Part shown: piece after piece, positions 18,957 through 27,594 of the stretch | How the letters are laid out: each line of letters starts with the position of its first letter | Position numbering within the stretch: position 1 is the first letter of the stretch | Assembly (NCBI GenBank): GCA_964424705.1 | Contig: CAYRKB010000001.1 | Coordinates: forward strand, 22,575 to 86,574 | Length of the DNA: 64,000 bases | Source: an uncultured Victivallales bacterium | GTDB lineage: Bacteria; Verrucomicrobiota; Kiritimatiellia; UBA8416; CAYRKB01 | Direction: 5' to 3' | Notes under the pieces: model-generated | Told to the model about the DNA's origin: nothing | Databases searched by the model: none | What the model saw: the letters and a program-made list of their open reading frames with translations, nothing else | Made by a program: the position numbers and the translations under genes

Positions 18957-19700
18957 CTACCGCGCTGCTTCCGCCTCCACTGCTGCCTCGATCGTGATTT
19001 CGCCGAACCGCTCTTTTTGCTTCACGTCCACCTGCCGGAGGCGGATAAGCTCCAGCAGCGCAAGGAACGTGCAAATGACCTCATGGCGGCTCGCCTGGGG
19101 GTGGAACATGTCCGCAAAGCGGACGGCCCGCTCCGCGGCGACGCGCCTCAGAATCTTTTCCAGCTGGTCGGCCACGGTGAAGTTTTCGCCGTAGATTTCA
19201 CGGATCTCTTCGGGCCGGGCGCTCTTGAGCACCTCGCGGAACGCGGTGATCAGATCGAACAGGCTCACGTCCTGCATGCCGACGTCGGGCTCCAATTCGA
19301 GCACGACGTTCGGGCCGCCCAGCGCGAATACGTTTTCACGCTCGTAGGCAATCTCTTCCAGCCGTCCGGCGGCATCCTTGAACTTCTTGTATTCGATTAG
19401 CTGGCGCACCAGGTCCCAGCGCGGGTCCTCGCCTTCCTCCTCCTCCAGCTCGGGGCGCTCCTCCACCGGGAGCAGCATGCGGCTCTTGATCATCATCAGC
19501 GTGGCGGCCATGACGATGAATTCCCCGGCGATGTTCAGGTCGAGCATTCGCATCAGGCTCAGGTATTCCATGTACTGGGTGGTGATGCGCTCGATGGGGA
19601 TGTTGTAGATGTCCACCTCTTCCTTCTTGATCAGGTAGAGGAGGAGATCGAGCGGCCCCTCGAACACTTCAAGCTGCACTTTGTAGTCGTCAATTGCCAT
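18957..19700 (-). CDS. scpA: segregation and condensation protein A
   Basis: The ScpA N-terminal signature is FEGPLDLLLYLIKKEEVDIYNIPIERITTQY, and the gene lies immediately upstream of scpB. Confidence 0.85.
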   Translation of the reverse strand: MAIDDYKVQLEVFEGPLDLLLYLIKKEEVDIYNIPIERITTQYMEYLSLMRMLDLNIAGEFIVMAATLMMIKSRMLLPVEERPELEEEEGEDPRWDLVRQLIEYKKFKDAAGRLEEIAYERENVFALGGPNVVLELEPDVGMQDVSLFDLITAFREVLKSARPEEIREIYGENFTVADQLEKILRRVAAERAVRFADMFHPQASRHEVICTFLALLELIRLRQVDVKQKERFGEITIEAAVEAEAAR

Positions 19701-19721
19701 GGTGGTGCCGTGTGAAAACTG

Positions 19722-20687
19722 TTATTCGAGGCCAACGGATTGCCGGGCGTTCTTTAGGGTCTTGGCGGCTTCCGCGCGGGCGCGCTCCGCGCCCTGGCTG
19801 AGCACGGACTCGACATACCCGAGATTGTTGGCAAGTTCGGTCCGACGGCGGCGGAACTCTGCAAAGTAAGCTTGGATCGCCGCGAGCAGCGCCTTCTTGG
19901 CGTCGCCGTAGCCGGTGCCCCCGCGGCGGTAGCGCTCTTCCATGTCGCGGAGGTCGGCCTCGCCGGCGACAAGCCGGTAAAGCGCCATGATGTTGCACTT
20001 GGCCGGATCCTTCGGGGACTCCATCGGCGTGCTGTCCGTGACGATCCGCATCACGCGTGCCTTCGTTTCCTTTTCGTCGCCGAAGATCTCGATGTGGTTG
20101 TTGTAAGACTTCGACATCTTCTGCCCGTCGATCCCCGGCACGACCGCCACGGCGTCGCGGATCGAGGGCTCCGGCACCGTGAAGATGCCGGGGCCGTACT
20201 GGTTATTGAACTTGATCGCCAGGTCGCGCGCCACTTCGACATGCTGCTTCTGGTCGCGGCCGACGGGCACTACGTTGGACTGGTAGGCCAGGATATCCGC
20301 CGCCATCAGGACGGGATAGGCAAACAGCCCGTGGCTTGCCCCCAGGCCGCGCGCGGTCTTGTCCTTGTACGAATGGCAGCGCTCCAGAAGTCCCATGGGC
20401 GTGATGGTCGAGAGAATCCAGGTCAGTTCCGTGACCTCCGGGACGTCGCTTTGCCGGAAGAAAACCGTCCGCTTCGGGTCCAGGCCGCAGGCCAGAAAGT
20501 CCAGTGCGACGTCGAGCGTCGCCGCGCGCAGCGCAGCCGCATCCGTGACTGTGGTCAGCGCGTGATAGTTCGCGATGAAGAGGTAGGCGTCGCCCTGCAT
20601 TTGCAGTTCGAGGGCCGGCTTCATCATGCCGAAATAGTTTCCGAGGTGCAACTTGCCCGAGGGCTGTATACCCGATAGGATTCGCAT
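19722..20687 (-). CDS. trpS: tryptophan--tRNA ligase
   Basis: HIGH-type (GKLHLGNY) and KMSKS motifs are present; length is 321 aa. The ATG at 20687 was verified by frame counting. The track ORF continues upstream into the repeat element. Confidence 0.9.
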   Translation of the reverse strand: MRILSGIQPSGKLHLGNYFGMMKPALELQMQGDAYLFIANYHALTTVTDAAALRAATLDVALDFLACGLDPKRTVFFRQSDVPEVTELTWILSTITPMGLLERCHSYKDKTARGLGASHGLFAYPVLMAADILAYQSNVVPVGRDQKQHVEVARDLAIKFNNQYGPGIFTVPEPSIRDAVAVVPGIDGQKMSKSYNNHIEIFGDEKETKARVMRIVTDSTPMESPKDPAKCNIMALYRLVAGEADLRDMEERYRRGGTGYGDAKKALLAAIQAYFAEFRRRRTELANNLGYVESVLSQGAERARAEAAKTLKNARQSVGLE

Positions 20688-20775
20688 AGCTGTTGACTCC
20701 ACTCCGCTTAGGTGGGGTAACATAGCCAAGACAGTGGGTTTTACAAAGAAAAAGTTCTGCGTGAGATGGCGGGGG

Positions 20776-21070
20776 GCGTATGTGAGTTCCGGAGACCGCC
20801 GCCCGGGGGAGATGCGGCGAAGCTCGGAGCGAACGCGGTGGGGGCACCGCGACTCCAGCGGAACGTCTGATTTCGCTCGTTTCCGTGCTCCTGGAGACGC
20901 GACGCCCTCGTCGCGGGGTGCAAGAGGAGGAGCGAGAGAACGCGGCGGGGTCGCCGCATCTCCAGTCGGAGTTGCCCGTTGTCGCTCCCGGCTTGCTCCT
21001 GGAGATGCCCTCGTCGCGGAGATAAAGAAACGCGCCTGAACGGACACCTCCCCGGAACTCACATGCGCCC
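20776..21070. repeat. MITE-like palindromic repeat element, copy 1 (long variant, ~295 bp) with 20-bp terminal inverted repeats
   Basis: The termini are gcgtATGTGAGTTCCGGag ... ctCCCCGGAACTCACATgcgccc. Internal nested palindromes include ggagatgcggcgac/gtcgccgcatctcc and cgcgacgccctcgtcgcg. A second copy at 59259-59451 is >90% identical. Copy 1 carries a ~110-bp internal duplication or insertion. Confidence 0.7.
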
Positions 21071-21091
21071 GATGGCGGGCGTGTTGAAACG

Positions 21092-24000
21092 GTGTTGAAA
21101 GCTCTTGAAGAGAAGTCCGGTAATAAGTACAAGGGCGCAGGGTACTTCGGAGGCCAACAGGGTCGCATGTTCAAACTCCACGAGTCTCAGGTGAGAAACG
21201 AAGGCGCGGGCCAGCGGTGGCACGTCAAGTTTTCCGAGGACTGTGTTTTCGGCCCCGTCGGCCTTCCGGAGCTGCGCGACTGGGCGGAGCAGGGCCGCAT
21301 CGTAGCGGGCAACCTTTTGTCGCGAGACCGCGAGAGCTGGATGCCTGCCGAGAGTTTGCCTGAGCTCGATATGATGTGGGTCGCCGAACTGGGCGGCCGC
21401 CGTCGGTTCGGGCCGTTCAACCTGGCAACGGTGCCCCTGCTTGTCAAACGAGGCAAAATCAACAGAGCTACGCCGCTGCAGCACTGCAGCACGGGCGAGG
21501 TCCGGTTGGTTTCGTCAGTCCTGGAGAGCGGGGCCAAGCAATTGACGTATTCAATCCCCGCTCCCGTCACCGTGAGAACGGCGGATGTCAAAACGGACGG
21601 TGAGCCACGCTCGAGTGGAGCTGAGAAGGGCGGGCCTGCTGCGCCCGTTGCCGTGAAGAGGATTCAAGACGAAGGATTGCCTGACAGGAATGACCAGGCA
21701 CACAAGGCCCTGCGCAGTGAGCTGTCGGCGTTGCAGGAAAGTGTAGCCCGGGCGAAACAAGAACTTGAGATGGAGCGTGTCCGGGCTGTTGCGCTGGAGT
21801 CCGCCGCCAACCAGAAGCAAGGCCACGCTGCTGACGTCGAGAAGAAGCTAGCCGCGGAGAAAAATCTGCGTGAGGAACAAGCTGACCGCTTGAAGAAGAC
21901 TCAGGCTGAAGCCGCTGCTTTCGCTGCGAAGGCCACGAAGGTTGAAGCCGAGCTGAATCGTGAGCTGAGCGCTGCAACGGAACGCGCGGCTGTCGCAGCG
22001 CGCGAGGTTGCGGCTGAGCGGAGCCGGGCTGCGGCGCTGGAGTCCGCCGCCAACCAGAAGCAAGGCCAAGCTGCTGACATCGAGAAGAAGCTAGCCGCCG
22101 AGAAGAAACAGCGCGAAGAACAAGCTGAGCGCTTGAAGCAGGCGCAGTTTGAAGCCGCTGCTTTTGCTGCGAAGGCCACGAAGGTTGAAGCCGAACTGAA
22201 GCGTGAACTGAGCGCTGCAACGGAACGCGCGGCTGTCGCAGCGCGCGAGGTTGAGGCTGAGCGGAGCCGGGCTGCGGCGCTGGAGGCAGCCGCCAACCAG
22301 AAGCAAGCACATGCCGTAGAGATCGAGAAAAGGCTTGCCGCGGAGATGAAGCTGCGGGAGGACCAGGCTGGCAGAATTGACAAGCTTGAGCGCGAGCTCA
22401 AAGCCCGCGCGGAGGAAGTCGGTCTTGCAGCCGGGCAATTGGATGAGCAGCGGAAAGCACGCGCCGGGCTGGAAGCTCAGATGCGCCGCAGTGAAAGGGA
22501 CCAGGCCGAACGCTCGAAGCAGTCGCAGGCAGAGGCCGTTTCTCTCTCTACAAAGGCCGCGACGCTTGAAGCTGAACTGAAACAAGCGCGGAGCGACGCG
22601 GCGGAGAGTGCTGCTGCTGCCGTCCGTGAAGGTGAAGAACGAATCAGGGCCCACGAAGCCCTGCAGCGCGAGCTGGCGGCCCTGCAGGAGCGTGCAGTCC
22701 AGGCGCGACGAGAGGTTGAGGCTGAGCGGAGCCGGTCCGTTACGTTGGAATACACGGCCAGCCAGAAGGAAGGGCATGCAGCAGAGATTGAGAGTAAACT
22801 CGCCGCCGAGAAGCAGCAGCGCGAAGGGCAGTCTGCGCTATTGAAGGAGGCGCGGGCCAAGGTCAGCGCCGTCGGCGCGAAGGTCGCAGCGCTGGAGAAA
22901 GCATTCGCGGAGGAGAGGCATCTGCACGAAGAGGTAGTCAGAAAATGGCTCGCGAAAGAAGCGGATCTCTCCGGCAGGATCGGCAAACTCGAGCAAGCGC
23001 TCAAGAATAAGGCGGAGGAAGCGGTCCGGGCCGTCGCGCAACTGGTCGAGCAGAAGAATGCGCATGCCGGGCTGGAGGAGCGCGGCCAGAGGCGTGAATT
23101 GGATCTGACGGGGCAGATTGGCCGCCTGACGGCAGAGAACGTGGAGCTACAGGCTGGTGTGCGCCAGAGCGCGGATGAACTGGCGCGAGCCCGGGCCGGT
23201 CTGGCGAGGGCTGCCGAGGCGAGCGTGGAACTTATGCAGCAATACCTTGGCCCGCAGGGAAGCGGCAAACCGACCTGGTACTTGCAGGGCGATGATAAGT
23301 CCGTGTACGGACCGGTTGATCTGTCTGAGCTTTGGGCCTGGGCCTGCCAGAGCCGCATTGGCCCGAAGCATAGCGTGTCGCAGGACAAGAAAAACTGGGT
23401 GATGGCCGAGACGATTCCCGAACTTCACATGGAGTGGATCTGTAAACTCCCGGACGGAGTAGACATCGGCCCGCTCAATCCGTTCGCTTACAGGGATCTC
23501 GTTGCTGATGGATCCGTAGATCCCGGGCAAGTGGTCCAGAGCCGCCTGAGCGGCGAGACGATTGCGGCCGGGGCGCTCGTTAAGGCCACGGAAGGCGGCA
23601 CATTCCTGCGGCGTACGTCAACTGATGCTGACAGGCAGAAGATGAAGGATTTGGAGGCCTGTCTAGCCCAGGCACGACGTGAGCTTGAGGAGGCGAGCGG
23701 CCGTTCCCGTACGCTGGAGGGTGCTATTGGCCAGAAGGAAGGGCAGGTCGCGGGGCTGGAGAAGAATCTCGCGGCGGAGAAGAAGCTGCGCGAGGATTTG
23801 GCAGGCAGGATCGATAAGCTTGAGCGGGCTCTAAAGGACAAGACAGACGAAGCGGGCAGGGCAGCCGCACAGCTGGGCGAGCAGAAGAAGGAGCATGCCG
23901 GACTGGAGATGCGCAGCCAGGTTCAAGAGCTGGAGCTGAAGGGACAGATCGGCCGCCTGACTGATGAGAGTTCCAGGAGAGCCCTGCAACTGGAGACGGA

Positions 24001-24718
24001 GAAGGCCCGGGCTGTTCAGGCGAGCGTGGAACTTATGCAACAATGCCTTGGCCCGCAAGGAAGCGGCACTCCGAGCTGGTATTTGCAGGGCGATGATATG
24101 TCCGTGTATGGCCCGGTTGACTTGCCTCAGCTTTGGGCCTGGGCCTGCCAGAGCCGCATTGGTCCGAAGCACAGCGTGTCGCAGGACAAGAAGAACTGGG
24201 TATTGGCCGAGACCGTTCCCGAACTTCGCATGGAATGGATCTGTAAGCTGCCTGACGGAGCAGACCTGGGCCCGCTCAACCCCTTTGCATTCAGGGATCT
24301 GGTTGCAGATGGGTTCGTAGATCCCGGGCAAGCTGTCCAGAACCACCTGAGTGGCGAGACGATTGCGGCCGGGGAGCTGGTTAAGGCCACTGAGGGCGGA
24401 GCGCTTTTGCGACATTTGGGACCGGGTCCTGACGGACGGGAATGGAAGCAGCGATGTTCCGCAGCTGAAGAACGAGGCAGGCTTGTTGACGAGGAGTTGG
24501 CCAGAGTGGGTAGCCTTTTCGAAGCTGAGAAGGCCCGGCGGCTTCAACTTGAGCATGATCTATTGAGGGCGCTTGAAGAGCTGGCTGGTGCGACGGCCCG
24601 GTTCCAGCTTTCCGTTGAAGCTCAGGGGCAGGGCGGAGCCGTGCCGCCACGGCGTCTGAGTGAGAAGCTTCTTGCCGCAGATCGGGCGGCGCGGGCCCTC
24701 AAGGGAACAAAGGGATAA
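21092..24718 (+). CDS. giant coiled-coil protein with N-terminal and twice-duplicated internal GYF-like (DUF4339) domain pairs
   Basis: The W-x-Y-x-GP-V...EL...W...ELxMEW pattern (WHVKFSEDCVFGPVGLPEL...; WYLQGDDKSVYGPVDLSELWAWA...ELHMEW) recurs three times. Long heptad-rich Ala/Glu/Lys/Arg segments lie between them. The track start is GTG at 21092; an ATG at 21167 (MFKLHES) with an upstream GGAGG is an alternative. Confidence 0.75.
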   Translation: MLKALEEKSGNKYKGAGYFGGQQGRMFKLHESQVRNEGAGQRWHVKFSEDCVFGPVGLPELRDWAEQGRIVAGNLLSRDRESWMPAESLPELDMMWVAELGGRRRFGPFNLATVPLLVKRGKINRATPLQHCSTGEVRLVSSVLESGAKQLTYSIPAPVTVRTADVKTDGEPRSSGAEKGGPAAPVAVKRIQDEGLPDRNDQAHKALRSELSALQESVARAKQELEMERVRAVALESAANQKQGHAADVEKKLAAEKNLREEQADRLKKTQAEAAAFAAKATKVEAELNRELSAATERAAVAAREVAAERSRAAALESAANQKQGQAADIEKKLAAEKKQREEQAERLKQAQFEAAAFAAKATKVEAELKRELSAATERAAVAAREVEAERSRAAALEAAANQKQAHAVEIEKRLAAEMKLREDQAGRIDKLERELKARAEEVGLAAGQLDEQRKARAGLEAQMRRSERDQAERSKQSQAEAVSLSTKAATLEAELKQARSDAAESAAAAVREGEERIRAHEALQRELAALQERAVQARREVEAERSRSVTLEYTASQKEGHAAEIESKLAAEKQQREGQSALLKEARAKVSAVGAKVAALEKAFAEERHLHEEVVRKWLAKEADLSGRIGKLEQALKNKAEEAVRAVAQLVEQKNAHAGLEERGQRRELDLTGQIGRLTAENVELQAGVRQSADELARARAGLARAAEASVELMQQYLGPQGSGKPTWYLQGDDKSVYGPVDLSELWAWACQSRIGPKHSVSQDKKNWVMAETIPELHMEWICKLPDGVDIGPLNPFAYRDLVADGSVDPGQVVQSRLSGETIAAGALVKATEGGTFLRRTSTDADRQKMKDLEACLAQARRELEEASGRSRTLEGAIGQKEGQVAGLEKNLAAEKKLREDLAGRIDKLERALKDKTDEAGRAAAQLGEQKKEHAGLEMRSQVQELELKGQIGRLTDESSRRALQLETEKARAVQASVELMQQCLGPQGSGTPSWYLQGDDMSVYGPVDLPQLWAWACQSRIGPKHSVSQDKKNWVLAETVPELRMEWICKLPDGADLGPLNPFAFRDLVADGFVDPGQAVQNHLSGETIAAGELVKATEGGALLRHLGPGPDGREWKQRCSAAEERGRLVDEELARVGSLFEAEKARRLQLEHDLLRALEELAGATARFQLSVEAQGQGGAVPPRRLSEKLLAADRAARALKGTKG
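21791..22400. repeat. intragenic 243-bp (81-codon) tandem repeat, ~2.5 copies, first two copies near-identical
   Basis: The unit gcgctggagtccgccgccaaccagaagcaagg... restarts at 21791, 22034 and 22277. It encodes LESAANQKQGxAADxEKKLAAEK...AAFAAKATKVEAELxRELSAATERAAVAAREVxAERSRAAA. Confidence 0.8.
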
Positions 24719-24770
24719 GCGCGGCCGATCCTTCGGCAGCGGAGCCCCATTCATCCGCCCGTTTCATGTT

Positions 24771-26081
24771 TCAGGCCCGCTTGGCGATGGCGGGTTCTGT
24801 CACGGTGCTGTCGGGCTTGACGCTGGAGTCTGTTCTCTTCTGCAGCTTGTCATGCAGGAATCTCGTCAGGGAATCGCCGCGCTGGGTGGCGGAGAGGCCC
24901 AGCGGCTCTCTCGCGTCCTTTGCCCCGAGCGCCGCAATATGTGCGGGGAGGATATCCTTCGTGATCGTGCCATTCTTCACCAGGGGCAAGATGTCGTTCG
25001 CGAGGTCGGCCACTTCCGTGTGGTTGCCCGGCCACGAGTAGCGCAACAGCAGCGAATGGGCTTCCGGAGAGATGACCGGGAGTTTGCTCCAATCTCCGGT
25101 GTGCTCATGGAAGAAGTGGGATAACAGGGGGAGCAGGTCCGCGGTCCTCTCCCGCAGCGGTTTCAAATCGATGGCCACGCCGCTCATCTTGGTGAGAAGG
25201 TCTCTCGATTCGCCAGCTTGTGACAGGCTGACCAACGATGCATCTGCCGACAGGATCAGGCTGGCCTTTCGGGCCAGCGCGCGGCCGCGATGAGCGTCTC
25301 CGGTGCCTGCCAGATGAAGGCGCAGCGTCTCAAGGAGACCGGGAGGCATCATCATTACCTCGTCCAGCAGGATGGTGCAGGGCTTTCTGCCCGCCTTTGT
25401 GTCGTCGGCCTGCGGCGCAGCGCTGGCGCCCCTCTTCGTTGTTTCAAAGAGCTGTTGATCCAGCACCGGCTCGGGCATCTCCGCGCAATTCAGGACAATG
25501 AACTCGCCGTTCTTTCTCGGGCTGCACTCATGAATGGCGCGCGCCAGCTGTGCCTTGCCGGTGCCTGCCTCCCCGCACAGAAGCACCGGCGATGATGTAA
25601 TCGCGGCGACCTCGATGGACTCGCAGACCTTCTGCATTTCTGGGCTCTCCGCGACGATCCCGGGAAACCGGTACGACACAGGGGCTGGGAGCGGAATGTT
25701 CTTGTCCGCGATGCGGGCGCTGACGCTGCCGAGAGCATTCCTGATGACGCTGACCAGCTCTTCGACACGGATCGGCTTGGTAACGTAGTCAAACGCGCCG
25801 GCGGCTATGGCTGATACGGCGGCCGTTTCCGTTCCCTGGCCTGACATCAGCACGACCGGCAGCCGCGGGCTCTGTATCTTCACAAGCGAAAGAAGCCGAA
25901 GGCCGTCCATGGGGTGCATACCCACGTCGGCGAGTATCAGATCAACGTGTTTGGCCTTGAGGCATTCCAGCGCTTCCAGGCCGCTTTGCGCTAACGTGAC
26001 CTCGTATTCCCGCTGGCTGAATACAGCTGAGAGGACGTTGAGAACCAGCCTGTTGTCATCCACAATCAGAATCGATGCCAT
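24771..26081 (-). CDS. response-regulator receiver + AAA+ (sigma-54-activator-like) protein lacking GAFTGA motif and DNA-binding HTH
   Basis: A receiver domain (MASILIVDD...ILADVGMHPMDG) and a Walker A (GEAGTGKAQLARAIH) are present. Where NtrC has GAFTGA the sequence reads LFETTKRGASAAPQ. The C-terminus has no Fis-type HTH. The track start is GTG at 26114; Met-12 at 26081 is the likely start. Confidence 0.7.
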   Translation of the reverse strand: MASILIVDDNRLVLNVLSAVFSQREYEVTLAQSGLEALECLKAKHVDLILADVGMHPMDGLRLLSLVKIQSPRLPVVLMSGQGTETAAVSAIAAGAFDYVTKPIRVEELVSVIRNALGSVSARIADKNIPLPAPVSYRFPGIVAESPEMQKVCESIEVAAITSSPVLLCGEAGTGKAQLARAIHECSPRKNGEFIVLNCAEMPEPVLDQQLFETTKRGASAAPQADDTKAGRKPCTILLDEVMMMPPGLLETLRLHLAGTGDAHRGRALARKASLILSADASLVSLSQAGESRDLLTKMSGVAIDLKPLRERTADLLPLLSHFFHEHTGDWSKLPVISPEAHSLLLRYSWPGNHTEVADLANDILPLVKNGTITKDILPAHIAALGAKDAREPLGLSATQRGDSLTRFLHDKLQKRTDSSVKPDSTVTEPAIAKRA

Positions 26082-26136
26082 GCAACACTCCCAGAGTTGG
26101 AGTGAGATAACCACGGTGGATTCGGACCGTCAAGGC

Positions 26137-26883
26137 TTATACTGCGGCGTAGAATTCAAGAGGCCTGATCCAGATGTTCCGGTAGCGCACCAGGTCGCCA
26201 TGATCCTGGAGCCGCAGCGGCGCCTCGGGCGGATGAGGCACATAACTCGACAGGGTGCGGTGGCAGGTTAGGCCGTGGAGCGCGCGGTGATGCTGCACCA
26301 CCACGCCATTTTGCAGGATGGTCAGGTAGGCTGGCGAGACGGTGCTCGTACCTTCGAAACGCGGTGCCACAAAGAGGATGTCGTAGGTCTGCCATTCGCC
26401 GGGCCTTCGGCAGGCGTTGACCAGCGGGGAAAACTGCCCGTAGATCGAGCCGGCGCTTCCGTCCGGATAGGTCGGATTCTGAAAACAATCCAACACCTGG
26501 ATCTCGTACCGGTCCATCAGGAAGACCCCGCTGTTGCCGCGCCCCTGGCCGTCGCCTTTGACGACGGACGGCGCGGACCACTCTACGTGAAGCTGGCAGT
26601 CCCCGAAGCCCTGCTTTGTGCTGATGTCGCCTGCGCCCGGGACGACTTCCATACATCCGCTGTGCAGCTTCCATCGCGCCGCGCCGCCGCCCTCCGCACT
26701 GCTTCTCCATCCGTCGATGCTACTCCCGTCGAACAGAATGACCGCGTCCGACGGCGGCTGCCCCGGCGCCTCCGCAGAAGAGGGCGTGCCGGGGCTGACT
26801 ATGCGCGGTTGGGGGCGACGTCCGTCGTGAACGGTCCACTTTCCTCCAGGAAGCAGGGGCGTATCTTCGTATCCGAGCGACAT
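26137..26883 (-). CDS. DUF1080 (3-keto-disaccharide hydrolase / LamG-like) domain protein
   Basis: The motifs ...WKLHSGCMEV...GNSGVFLMDRYEIQVLD...PLRLQDHGDLVRYRNIWIRPL match the DUF1080 family. ATG at 26883 (MSLGYEDT) was chosen. Confidence 0.75.
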   Translation of the reverse strand: MSLGYEDTPLLPGGKWTVHDGRRPQPRIVSPGTPSSAEAPGQPPSDAVILFDGSSIDGWRSSAEGGGAARWKLHSGCMEVVPGAGDISTKQGFGDCQLHVEWSAPSVVKGDGQGRGNSGVFLMDRYEIQVLDCFQNPTYPDGSAGSIYGQFSPLVNACRRPGEWQTYDILFVAPRFEGTSTVSPAYLTILQNGVVVQHHRALHGLTCHRTLSSYVPHPPEAPLRLQDHGDLVRYRNIWIRPLEFYAAV

Positions 26884-27069
26884 GGGCGATTCCTTTCTAA
26901 AGAATTTGTACGCATGGTAAGTGGCTCGGCACGGGAATACAATCTGAAAGGGCCTTGTGAAACGGCATTCCGGGATCACCGGGTGTTTCTTCATGGCGCT
27001 ACCGGGTTGAAGGATTGCTTACTGATGGTTGTGCGGGGGCCAACAGCGCGGTCAATTCGACTTACTAAT

Positions 27070-27205
27070 CCGGCCATTGAATAGTAGGCGATCCCTGAGA
27101 ATGGGGCTCCCTGAGCCGTTGCGGCGCAGGAGCCGAAATTCAGGCTCCTGCCGCGCAAGGCGGCAGGGAGCCGTTCCTTCGTCAACGAAACTATTCAATG
27201 GCCGG
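27070..27205. repeat. 136-bp triple-nested inverted-repeat element (candidate structured RNA or MITE-like element)
   Basis: The outer perfect 16-bp inverted repeat is ccggccattgaatagt ... actattcaatggccgg. Inside lie ggctccctg...cagggagcc and a central hairpin gcaggagcc-gaaattca-ggctcctgc. It sits in a ~700-bp non-coding gap upstream of pdxJ. Confidence 0.5.
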
Positions 27206-27594
27206 GGTAATAAGGCGGGTCGACTACGCGTAACCGGTGAAGTGCGGGACCAAGCCGGAACGATGCAGTCTTGGAATTGGAGAAGCCACGCCCGCCTGCA
27301 GCGCTGTACGGGCGCGCAGCGACAGCACTGCGGGCAGAGTGTCGCGGATAGACGCGGCTCAAAGAGGCCTGCTGCAGCGCGCAGGGCCTCGCCCTCGGGC
27401 GAGATGCAAACGGTATTGATCGTTGTCTTGGACCCGCGTCTCCCGCTGCGCATCCGTGGCGCCGTGCAATCGAAAGGCCGCCTTTCTTCTGGATATTGAA
27501 TTGCGGCCTGCCTAGTATTGCTCATCGACGGCGTCCAACGGGTCTGCCGGAGGGTGTGCGGCCCGAGGCTGCAAAACGCTGAAGAGGGGCGAGT

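Noticed and set aside
20688-21062. Upstream extension of the trpS reading frame, and the idea of a T-box or leader riboswitch for trpS.
   Set aside because: The extension is read through a repeat element that also occurs at 59259-59451 unrelated to trpS. No T-box specifier/antiterminator features were recognised, and a proper ATG at 20687 gives a full-length TrpS.
21700-24500. Whether the tandem repeats could be a CRISPR array or non-coding satellite.
   Set aside because: The repeats are 243 bp, in-frame, and encode coiled-coil protein sequence inside a continuous 1208-codon ORF. There is no short repeat-spacer periodicity.
27206-27594. Possible SRP RNA, tmRNA or RNase P RNA in the long non-coding gap before pdxJ.
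   Set aside because: None of the conserved cores were found: the SRP domain IV GGAAGCAG-type loop, the tmRNA 5' GGGGCUGAUUCUGGAUUCGAC and tag-reading-frame, and the RNase P GGAAAGUCCGG box. I have no basis to call an ncRNA.
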